From a virus: a DNA stretch of 64,000 bases. The stretch lies in IMG/VR virus record IMGVR_UViG_3300045988_106448; one strand, given 5' to 3'. Position numbers and translations under genes: made by a program. Positions 56,667-64,000 of this stretch are shown here, piece by piece; the first letter of the stretch is position 1, and every line of letters starts with the position of its first letter. The notes beneath the pieces are model-generated. The model had not been told where the DNA came from. It searched no databases and was given only the letters and a program-made list of their open reading frames with translations.

Positions 56667-57041
56667 ATGTTTGTATTTATAAAACCAACTAAAGATAACA
56701 CGCAATTCAAATCGTTTCCAATACTCCTTTCAGGGATTAACTTGACTGGAGTAATAAGTTTGGAGAAGGGATTTGGATTCAGTCTTCAGTATTCACTCGG
56801 TGAATCATACTATATCGTTTATTCCTCTCCTCATCCTAAAAAGGAAGATGCCGAAATGGCTTTGGTGAATTGCGTTAATTTGATAAATGCCATTAAGATG
56901 GCGTACGAAAGATACATTCATGGCGCATCCGTTAACGTTCAATTTTTCGAATTAAAAGTGAACGAAGAAGGGAAGCCGGAATACGTGTGGCACAAAATTT
57001 CTGAAGCAGATTTAACTCAACCAATTACAATTGAAATTTAA
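56667..57041 (+). CDS. hypothetical protein
   Basis: ORF only. Confidence 0.35.
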   Translation: MFVFIKPTKDNTQFKSFPILLSGINLTGVISLEKGFGFSLQYSLGESYYIVYSSPHPKKEDAEMALVNCVNLINAIKMAYERYIHGASVNVQFFELKVNEEGKPEYVWHKISEADLTQPITIEI

Positions 57042-57046
57042 CCAAT

Positions 57047-57757
57047 ATGAAAGAACCTAAAAAAATTTTGTTTAACGTTCACTACGTGTCCAACAAGGAT
57101 AATAAAGAATGCAAGTTTCCAATTTACTTTACATTGGATGACACTTTTGATGCCGAAAAGGTGTATAGCACCGTTACATCGTTCATGAACGCCAACGGAT
57201 TACAGGGGTATCCAACTCAAGCCGTTCCAGCCGTTGATTGGGTGGCAACGTTTACCTTTCCAAAACCGAAAGAGGCTCCTAAGGAAGAAAATGTTAAAGA
57301 ACAGATCAAGTTGTACGATCACGTGTACCGGGTAACTATTTACAAGAATATAGATGACGGGGTAAGCCGTAAATGTTCTACATTTGAAATGGCTATCACT
57401 GGAACCAGAGAACTACCTTCGGTGTATGAAATAGTACAACAAATTAACAAGGAAATGGTTAATCATGTTGAAATAGAGGACTTGGACGGTTGGAAAATTG
57501 AATATTTCACGCACATAGCTGATCATCCCATTATAATTCCCGTAGCCCCTTTCATTCCTAAATTGGTATGGGCTAGAGTAAACGGAGTTGTACCCGGAAA
57601 CCAAGACATACCCTATTGGATTCCAGCTTACACCCGTGAGGATGGCACGTTAGAAAGTGTGCTTGGTGAATTAAGCAGTCCAGACAGTGAAGATGACACA
57701 CGCCCGTTTACCAAATGTCCTTTCGAAGATTACGAAATAACGTACAGACCCAAATAA
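57047..57757 (+). CDS. hypothetical protein
   Basis: ORF only. Confidence 0.4.
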   Translation: MKEPKKILFNVHYVSNKDNKECKFPIYFTLDDTFDAEKVYSTVTSFMNANGLQGYPTQAVPAVDWVATFTFPKPKEAPKEENVKEQIKLYDHVYRVTIYKNIDDGVSRKCSTFEMAITGTRELPSVYEIVQQINKEMVNHVEIEDLDGWKIEYFTHIADHPIIIPVAPFIPKLVWARVNGVVPGNQDIPYWIPAYTREDGTLESVLGELSSPDSEDDTRPFTKCPFEDYEITYRPK

Positions 57758-57782
57758 CCAACGACAAATTTATGAAAATGAT

Positions 57783-57810
57783 GAGGAGGGAAATTCCCTC
57801 CTTTTTCTTT
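57783..57810 (+). terminator. rho-independent terminator
   Basis: gaggaggg-aaatt-ccctcct then ttttcttt. Confidence 0.65.
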
Positions 57811-57830
57811 GCCGTTACGTTTTATTAGGT

Positions 57831-57838
57831 TACATTTG
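57831..57838 (+). promoter_or_regulatory. -7 box TACATTTG
   Basis: 26 nt upstream of the ATG at 57864. Confidence 0.45.
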
Positions 57839-57863
57839 TAATATCAAAATAAAGTATAACATT

Positions 57864-58163
57864 ATGGAACCAACGTTAGAAGTTATTAAAACAACGATAA
57901 AAGAAGAGTATGGCAAAAGTGGCAAACCCTACGCCACCCTAGTAAGGTGCAAAACGGAAGTCGGGTTTATAGACTCCACGGGCGTTTATTTACGGTTGTA
58001 CAACCCCGGTACCCCTTACGGGGTGTTATGGCGTGTAGACAGCGTTAACGACCTGTCTTTTGCTAAATACGTGCAATTTGTTGTTAAACATTGGGACGCC
58101 ATTTGGGATAGATACGATTTCGCTATAAAGCACGGAAATGATACTAGAAGGATTACCTTTTAG
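57864..58163 (+). CDS. hypothetical protein
   Basis: ORF only. Confidence 0.35.
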   Translation: MEPTLEVIKTTIKEEYGKSGKPYATLVRCKTEVGFIDSTGVYLRLYNPGTPYGVLWRVDSVNDLSFAKYVQFVVKHWDAIWDRYDFAIKHGNDTRRITF

Positions 58164-58203
58164 ACATTAATCTGTTTTTCATTATGTTTTCATTTGTTTA
58201 GCT

Positions 58204-58250
58204 AAGGAGCCGGGTTTCACTAATTTTTCCGGCTCCTTTATTGTATCTTT
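58204..58250 (+). terminator. rho-independent terminator
   Basis: aaggagccgg-(15 nt)-ccggctcctt then tattgtatctttt. Confidence 0.55.
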
Positions 58251-58310
58251 TACCAATAATCCACGTAATATAACTATATTTGCAGCTAGTAACTAAAACA
58301 AAATAATGAA

Positions 58311-59022
58311 ATGAACAAGGATTTTATCTCCGTCACCCCCGATTCGGGGGGGTAACGGTTCATTAAGCGTCACGGCGCAAGCTAATACAACCCCAAACAC
58401 TCGTAATACTTCAGTAGTGATATCTGGAAGTGGTATCACTAAAACCATATCCGTTTCTCAACCGGGTAAACCATTTTCAGAAATTTTGAAATTCACGGGT
58501 AACGGTGGTCCCGTTATGGTTGGATTAAACAGTGATGTTTACAATAATCTAGCGGCTTTCGTGGAGGATGAAAATGGATTGAAAACCAATTTAGAACTTA
58601 CAAGCGGTAATATGGTCAGTGTTATTTGTAACTCTGATACAGAGTATTCCGTTTACTTGAATGAAATTGCTAATTCTTGCACTCACGTAACTGTTCAAGG
58701 AACTTCTGGTTTGGCAATGTTTGCCGTGACTGACATGGACATTTTGTGTAACGTTTTAGCTGATACAGGTGCAGTAGAAAACGTTCGCTTCGGTTTTTAT
58801 CAACCGAGTACTTTTCCAGCCTTATTTTGGCAATCAATTTACCAAAATTATCTCTCTATGTTAGAGCACATTGGGCAGTCTGCGGATAAATTACAAAAGA
58901 CTGTCAATTTGACCATACAACAGAATACTGATGGTTCATATTTAACCACTGATATGCAAAATGGTTTGCTAAACATAGTTTCTCAACACTCTTATTTAAC
59001 TTTGAAATTCATAGGAGCATAA
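58311..59022 (+). CDS. BACON-like domain protein, paralog of 52512..52733, interrupted by a frameshift in a G7 run (58346-58352)
   Basis: MNKDFISVTPDSGG* in frame 0, then GNGSLSVTAQANTTPNTRNTSVVISGSGITKTISVSQ... in the next frame; removing one G gives a continuous paralog. Confidence 0.5.
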
Positions 59023-59097
59023 CGATACCCCTGCCGTGATGGCAGTTATTTTTCGTTAAAGTTGATATATCATTAAATCCGGGATTTCTTTTTAGAT

Positions 59098-59144
59098 TTT
59101 CCGGATTTTTCTTTGCATATATCCAAAAGTGTATTATATTTGTG
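59098..59144 (+). repeat. 47-bp promoter-bearing element, copy 2 (TATATTTG at 59135-59142)
   Basis: tttccggatttttctttgcatatatccaaaagtGtattatatttgt. Confidence 0.7.
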
Positions 59145-59172
59145 GCAGGTTAAACAACAAATAAACACAGAT

Positions 59173-59571
59173 ATGACACCATTAATAATCACGGGAACTT
59201 GCAAGGAACTTTATAATTGTGAGAAACTCCTACGACGTTTCGGGTACATACCCGAAGACTGTAATTTAAAAACCGCTGATAATCATGAATCTGGATTCAT
59301 CGTTATAAATAGGGAAGGGGAATTCTCCTTTCATAAAGTTAATCCTCACCCGGATTACCCCCGGTTAATAACCGCCTGTGATTTCATGAAGAATTACGGG
59401 TTGCTTGGGATACGCACCATGTACACGTTTAGCAACATTTACACGGTAGTTACTATTTGCCTCTTTTTAACGAGTATAGAGGGAAGCACTTGGGCGGGTC
59501 GGTTGGTGTTGCTTGCGTTGCTTTTGGTTAATATACCGCTCCATTGGAAGTCTATTCGTAAACTTAATTAA
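59173..59571 (+). CDS. hypothetical protein with a C-terminal TM segment
   Basis: Start taken at an internal Met 30 nt after the promoter element. Confidence 0.3.
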   Translation: MTPLIITGTCKELYNCEKLLRRFGYIPEDCNLKTADNHESGFIVINREGEFSFHKVNPHPDYPRLITACDFMKNYGLLGIRTMYTFSNIYTVVTICLFLTSIEGSTWAGRLVLLALLLVNIPLHWKSIRKLN

Positions 59572-59578
59572 TACAGTT

Positions 59579-59728
59579 ATGGCAAAGAAACGTAAAGAGA
59601 AGGTGGTTTACATTCCTAATCAGCTAGCCTATCAGCAAACCTTTTACAATCGTGGAGAAAATGATTATCTCCACAACAAACATCTAAGTCAACAATATCA
59701 GTATAAACTTGCTAAAAAGAAGAAATAA
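59579..59728 (+). CDS. small basic protein
   Basis: MAKKRKEK... Confidence 0.25.
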   Translation: MAKKRKEKVVYIPNQLAYQQTFYNRGENDYLHNKHLSQQYQYKLAKKKK

Positions 59729-59729
59729 C

Positions 59730-60134
59730 ATGAAACCATTTGATATTGAACTAGCGAAACAGGGTAAGCCCGTGTGCACGAGAGACGGTAGACCCGTGAG
59801 AATATTGTGTTACGATTTTAAATCTTTAGAAAACACGCCAATAGTGGCGTTAATAAGATTAAACGAACATCAAGAAGGTGTTGTCCATTATTATATTGAT
59901 GGGAAACATTTTGAAAATGGAATAAATGATCTTGACCTGATGATGGTTTCCGGTCAAAAGGAGGGGTGGATAAATGTCTGCCGGGATAGAGAAGACAACA
60001 AACCATTTTGTCATCATGGCAAAATTTTCGAAACTAAAGAAGATGCAAGGGCGTATTTAAAGCAAATGGCAACAATGGCTCCTAAAACCTTTCCTAACGT
60101 AATAGAAACCGTTCAAATATATTGGGAGGAATAA
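59730..60134 (+). CDS. hypothetical protein
   Basis: ORF only. Confidence 0.35.
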   Translation: MKPFDIELAKQGKPVCTRDGRPVRILCYDFKSLENTPIVALIRLNEHQEGVVHYYIDGKHFENGINDLDLMMVSGQKEGWINVCRDREDNKPFCHHGKIFETKEDARAYLKQMATMAPKTFPNVIETVQIYWEE

Positions 60135-60255
60135 TGACAAGTGAATTAAAACAAATGTATCAAACGTATTGTTTCTGGACTTTAAATCAGGGTAAAACCC
60201 CCGTGCCTTACTCGAAATGGAAGAAAGCAATTATCAAACATAAAAATAAGAAATC

Positions 60256-60834
60256 ATGAAAGGATTAATTTTATTAGACAAGTGGGAAGTAAACGGTCAG
60301 AACCGTGTAGAAGAGGCAGAAGAACTCATCCTGCAACTTCCTAAAGACAACCCCGCTCGAAACGCATGGTTATTCAAGTACGGCATTAGTGAAGAAGCCG
60401 TGCAATTGCGGGCTACCAACAATCCCTACGTAAACTTTAACGAAATGTTTCGAAAGTGTGACACGGGTTCTCTAAATACCCCGTACCTTGATTCCAGGAT
60501 TATTACAGTTATCGCTGACTTGATAGAAGTTCAGACAGAACAAGAAGAACCTCTAAAAGATGAACTATGGTTTCCAACGCCAAAAGATTTTCGTTTTAGA
60601 AGTCCTATGGGTGGGTTTTACGCCATGCACTTCTTTCCTAACGGGTTAGGCGTGCAAGTTCGTAAGATAGGTGAGAACAAATATCTTACTTTTTCTTTGA
60701 AGTTATTGATTGGTACGCCTGAAGATTACAAGGAGTATATCAATTTAGAATTAAATCCCCAGAATTTAGGGTATGATGCCAACAAGTTACAGAAGCAACT
60801 TGAAAAGATTAGAACTTACAAATTAGACAAGTGA
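60256..60834 (+). CDS. hypothetical protein
   Basis: ORF only. Confidence 0.35.
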   Translation: MKGLILLDKWEVNGQNRVEEAEELILQLPKDNPARNAWLFKYGISEEAVQLRATNNPYVNFNEMFRKCDTGSLNTPYLDSRIITVIADLIEVQTEQEEPLKDELWFPTPKDFRFRSPMGGFYAMHFFPNGLGVQVRKIGENKYLTFSLKLLIGTPEDYKEYINLELNPQNLGYDANKLQKQLEKIRTYKLDK

Positions 60835-61280
60835 TGGAAGATCGTAAACTCGCTGAATTGTTGGTGATCTTTGAAACTGACTTCGAGGATTTAACACGGG
60901 GACAACTGCAATTTCTACGCATTCGCTATCGTGAGGAAACGGGCATTAAAGACACGCTAACCAAAGAACAGTTATTCGAAGCGTATCTTAATCTTAAAAG
61001 GAAGTATTTTAATGATTACGAAATGTTATTGTTTTGTCCTCGCACCCGCATGGTGGATTACGGGGCGTTTGGTGGGTGTAAGCTAGAAGTAAGTAAGATT
61101 ACAGTCCCCACGTATGCCTCTCTAACGGGGCACAGCGTGGGTCAATTTACCGTAACCGGACACACGTCCCTGCCCGTGTTAAACGTGTCTATAACGCCCG
61201 ATAAGACGGTTGTTTACTGTATCGCACCGGATGGGGAGTTTTGTAAAATAAGTAGTACCGATTTTGACTTTGAAATATGA
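60831..61280 (+). CDS. hypothetical protein
   Basis: ORF only. Confidence 0.35.
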   Translation: MMEDRKLAELLVIFETDFEDLTRGQLQFLRIRYREETGIKDTLTKEQLFEAYLNLKRKYFNDYEMLLFCPRTRMVDYGAFGGCKLEVSKITVPTYASLTGHSVGQFTVTGHTSLPVLNVSITPDKTVVYCIAPDGEFCKISSTDFDFEI

Positions 61281-61413
61281 ATTATTCTTTAGAAATGGTA
61301 CAAGATTTGTATCGTATAGGTACACGAAAATGGATTGATAAAATTACTAATGCCACTGATATAGAAAAATTGGCTTAAGATATTTTTAATATTACCACCC
61401 TTTATAAAATGGA

Positions 61414-61614
61414 TTGGAGAAAAACTCCAGATTCACAAGCGGAAATAAACTGGATAAAAATGCACGAAAAGAAGGTGTTTTAGGTATTGAAATATTGGCT
61501 CGTAATATTATCATTCATTATTTAGGATGCAGATACGCATCCACTAAAGAAATACATGATTGGTTGAATGAAGAATTACACCGGGTGAACGATTTAAGTT
61601 TTCGTTTACAATAG
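61414..61614 (+). CDS. hypothetical small protein
   Basis: ORF only. Confidence 0.25.
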   Translation: MEKNSRFTSGNKLDKNARKEGVLGIEILARNIIIHYLGCRYASTKEIHDWLNEELHRVNDLSFRLQ

Positions 61615-61617
61615 AAA

Positions 61618-61645
61618 ACGCCCGGCAAACACCGGGCGTAATTTC
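61618..61645. terminator. bidirectional terminator between convergent genes
   Basis: acgcccgg-caaac-accgggcgt then aatttc. Confidence 0.6.
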
Positions 61646-61688
61646 AAGACTAACCGAAATACATGAACCACGTTTCAGCGGTTCAAAA

Positions 61689-62264
61689 TTACAAAATTCT
61701 TTGCTTATACTTTTCAACCATTTCCTTGTATTCGTCAGTAGGAAAACGTTTTCCGAGACGATCAGCCCACGCTTCGGTGTAGAATTCATGGTACTCTTCA
61801 GGATCGTTACAGAAGGTGCATTTAACGGCACTCGGTATCCCTATAACGAAAAGATATAACCACCCTAGCATACGGCTCTGGCGGGTGTGACCCCACTCGT
61901 GGGCGCATAGAGCGGGCTTGTGCATGAAGCCGCTATGAGTAACGAAAACGAACTGTCCTAATGACACGCAACCAGTACCGTTCTTTGTGAAAAACATCAC
62001 CCCTCCGATAATACCTTGGTAGCCCCACCCCGTGAAACACGCTACAAGCAATCCCACGAAGTTCTGGGGGGCTTGCCATATAGCAAGTAATACGTTTACT
62101 AGGATAGCCCAAAAGGATCGCTTAGAAGGCTTGTTTGACTCCTCCGGTGGTGTTGGCACGGGGTCAGAACCCCCTGAAACGTAATAATCGGGGTCGTCCT
62201 TCCCCGAAAATCTTTCTGAATTTTTAGTGTGTAATTGTTCCATAATTAAAACTATTTTAGCCAC
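61689..62264 (-). CDS. putative membrane-associated HExxH zinc metallopeptidase
   Basis: ALCAHEWGHTRQ (HExxH) plus hydrophobic segments. Confidence 0.45.
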   Translation of the reverse strand: MAKIVLIMEQLHTKNSERFSGKDDPDYYVSGGSDPVPTPPEESNKPSKRSFWAILVNVLLAIWQAPQNFVGLLVACFTGWGYQGIIGGVMFFTKNGTGCVSLGQFVFVTHSGFMHKPALCAHEWGHTRQSRMLGWLYLFVIGIPSAVKCTFCNDPEEYHEFYTEAWADRLGKRFPTDEYKEMVEKYKQRIL

Positions 62265-62268
62265 TAAA

Positions 62269-62772
62269 TTACTCGTTTTCTAAACGTTGTGCAAGTGCTT
62301 CCTCCTCTTCGGGGGTAAGTGGACGTATCTTAAGAATGTTTAGAATCTTAAGTTCGGCTTTGCTAATTGGGAAATATAGTCGTGTGTTACCCGTTTCTGA
62401 ACGATAACATTTTTCACGATCATCCCTAAACAATAGCAAATCAGGCTCATCATCTTCGATGAATAACTCGTCAGTGTAGGCGTACATGAAATCTTCCCAT
62501 TCTTCTTCAAGCCCCGTGCCTTCCCCGGTGGCAAACGTGTTAGGAAGGGAAGGGTCAAGAAACTCCTCCAGAGTATCAGCCTTTATCTGCACGAGGCGTC
62601 CCTGCTGTTTGCTTTCTTTTCTAAAATAATCCAGTTCATCCTGCAACTGGGTTATCTCGCTAATAAGTTCATTTTCACGAAGAGTTCTGTCGTTAAGTTC
62701 TTCGTTAAGCCGTCGTATTTCACGATCCTGAAATAATATCTTTCTTTGAAGTTCTTCTACTTGACTACTCAT
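62269..62772 (-). CDS. coiled-coil protein
   Basis: Heptad-like EELQRKILFQDREIRRLNEELNDRTLRENELISEITQLQDEL. Confidence 0.35.
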   Translation of the reverse strand: MSSQVEELQRKILFQDREIRRLNEELNDRTLRENELISEITQLQDELDYFRKESKQQGRLVQIKADTLEEFLDPSLPNTFATGEGTGLEEEWEDFMYAYTDELFIEDDEPDLLLFRDDREKCYRSETGNTRLYFPISKAELKILNILKIRPLTPEEEEALAQRLENE

Positions 62773-63028
62773 TATTCACCAATTTTAAAATGAAATCATC
62801 ACTTATACACAAAATTCCGGTGCAATTCATTTTATCAAGACAGCAATCAGAACAAAACCCACCGTTGCAGTCTTTACGAACCGTGAAAGTTTTAGCACAC
62901 TTCTGAATAATCTTGGGTCTACTTTTGGTGATGTCTACCAAATCTAACGAAATAGAACACGTTTCTCCATGCTCTAAAGCGTTCACGGCATCCGCCGATT
63001 TATTTTGTATTTTAAATGTTTGAGCCAT
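62765..63028 (-). CDS. small Cys-rich protein
   Basis: CNGGFCSDCCLDKMNCTGILC. Confidence 0.3.
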   Translation of the reverse strand: MAQTFKIQNKSADAVNALEHGETCSISLDLVDITKSRPKIIQKCAKTFTVRKDCNGGFCSDCCLDKMNCTGILCISDDFILKLVNNE

Positions 63029-63032
63029 AGCT

Positions 63033-63851
63033 TTATTTCTTTTGTTTTATATACTCTTCCTCCCAATTATCGTTTACAAAATCATCGCATTCTTTTTGAT
63101 ATTTCTTATCATATATTTTAAACACCACGGTATCAAGTTTTTTACGACCTCTACGTTTGTATTCACCTCTGGAAACCAAACAATATTTAAACATTAATCT
63201 AGATTCAGAATTGTTTGCAAGTTCCTTTTTGGCGGGCAATAGTACTCTTTTTTCAAAGTCTTGAATTGTGTAATTAGGAGTTGTTAAACTGTACGCAAGT
63301 TCATCCACCGACACTTCCAAAATTCGTTTAGAATACTTTCCGCTTAATAATTGAAAAATACGTTTGGCATAAGTACCACTTAACGCTAATACAGAATTTT
63401 TATCATACAAAGTCCCTCCAACGCCTTTACCGTAATAGATGAGCCACCGTAAAGCCGCCACCGGAATTCCTAATTTTACTTTATCACCGTCATCACTCAA
63501 ATCCATAGTTTGAATTAAATGGCACGTTCTATGAAATACTTCTCCCTTTTCATCAGTATAAGTGTAATACACATTTTGATTGAAAAGTTTCTTAATTTCG
63601 TTAAGTACCGCGACCCCATGCCTATTTCTTTCAACATCATCGGGGTCAATTTCTATCTCTAAAGTTCCGTCTTTAGAGAGGTTTAAATGTTTACGAAATT
63701 CATCAAAATCGGCTGTTAACCAACTAACATCAGTTGTCATAGCGGGTTGCAATTGATCTACTATATTTACAAGACAATTTATTTGCCAACTTGAAAACTT
63801 ATAACGACCATAAGTCACTAAGTTTGATTGCATTATTGTTTCCTTTTTCAT
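63033..63851 (-). CDS. Rep_3/RepB-family theta-replication initiator-like protein
   Basis: Central LRWLIYYGKGVGG...LALSGTYAKRIFQLLSGKYSKRILEVSVDELAYSL...DFEKRVLLPAKKELA matches the winged-helix pattern of plasmid Rep_3 initiators; iterons lie just upstream. Confidence 0.55.
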   Translation of the reverse strand: MKKETIMQSNLVTYGRYKFSSWQINCLVNIVDQLQPAMTTDVSWLTADFDEFRKHLNLSKDGTLEIEIDPDDVERNRHGVAVLNEIKKLFNQNVYYTYTDEKGEVFHRTCHLIQTMDLSDDGDKVKLGIPVAALRWLIYYGKGVGGTLYDKNSVLALSGTYAKRIFQLLSGKYSKRILEVSVDELAYSLTTPNYTIQDFEKRVLLPAKKELANNSESRLMFKYCLVSRGEYKRRGRKKLDTVVFKIYDKKYQKECDDFVNDNWEEEYIKQKK

Positions 63852-63873
63852 ACTTTAAATTTTAATTTGCTGC

Positions 63874-63881
63874 AAATGTAC
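63874..63881 (-). promoter_or_regulatory. -7 box TACATTTG on the minus strand, for the rep-like gene
   Basis: caaatgta on the + strand, 23 nt upstream of the minus-strand ATG at 63851. Confidence 0.45.
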
Positions 63882-63945
63882 AACAATAAATTTACATGGC
63901 AAAGAAAAATTGTGCCTTTTAATTAAAGGGCGAAACATAGTTCCC

Positions 63946-64000
63946 CCTGTTTATTTGCGCACAGACGCCTGTTTATTTGCGCACAGACGCCTGTTTATTT
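63946..64000. repeat. iterons: 22-bp direct repeat cctgtttatttgcgcacagacg, at least 2.5 copies (truncated by the window edge)
   Basis: Exact tandem copies at 63946-63967 and 63968-63989, with a partial copy to 64000. Confidence 0.8.

Noticed and set aside
63946-64000. Possible CRISPR array at the window end
   Set aside because: The 22-bp units abut directly with no unique spacers, and an initiator-like gene is adjacent, so these are iterons.

Overview
This 64 kb window looks like part of a large double-stranded DNA phage that infects a Bacteroidetes host. The host inference rests on a recurring Bacteroidetes-type -7 promoter box (TAnnTTTG, mostly TACATTTG or TATATTTG) upstream of many genes, BACON-like domains, and an A-rich, Shine-Dalgarno-free start context (aaagattATGg). 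No virion structural genes are recognisable. The window is dominated by DNA-metabolism genes, all transcribed on the + strand up to about 31.3 kb:
- an HNH endonuclease sitting beside a 3' fragment of dUTPase (an intron-like split gene);
- a nucleotide-modification-like cluster: a P-loop kinase, a GIY-YIG homing endonuclease, a protein of unknown function, a thymidylate-synthase-fold pyrimidine hydroxymethylase, an HD 5'-nucleotidase and a dNMP-kinase-like protein;
- replication and repair genes: a DnaE-type DNA polymerase III alpha, SbcD, RecA, SbcC, a RuvC-like resolvase, a C5-cytosine methyltransferase with a C-terminal frameshift at a G5 tract, a NAD-dependent ligase, an SNF2 helicase, RNase H, a UvrD-like helicase, a class II ribonucleotide reductase and a GroEL.
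A convergent Dps/ferritin-like gene on the minus strand follows. Further along are an ECF sigma factor with an acidic partner, a higher-GC block of minus-strand genes, and a roughly 1.4 kb ORF-free region (40.0-41.4 kb) with iteron-like repeats, palindromes and a sharp switch from G-rich to C-rich composition. Immediately after that lies a tandem array of six paralogous small membrane proteins. The remainder holds a lysis cassette (a GH73 endolysin and a lipoprotein), an HU protein, an HhH-GPD-like protein, BACON-like and BNR-propeller proteins, a duplicated 47-bp promoter element, and, at the right edge, a Rep_3-type initiator next to 22-bp iterons. Three candidates stand out for follow-up: a thymidine-replacement or hypermodification module, the small-membrane-protein array beside the origin-like region, and the sigma-factor module. 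All protein calls come from motif reading of the supplied translations; no database search was run.
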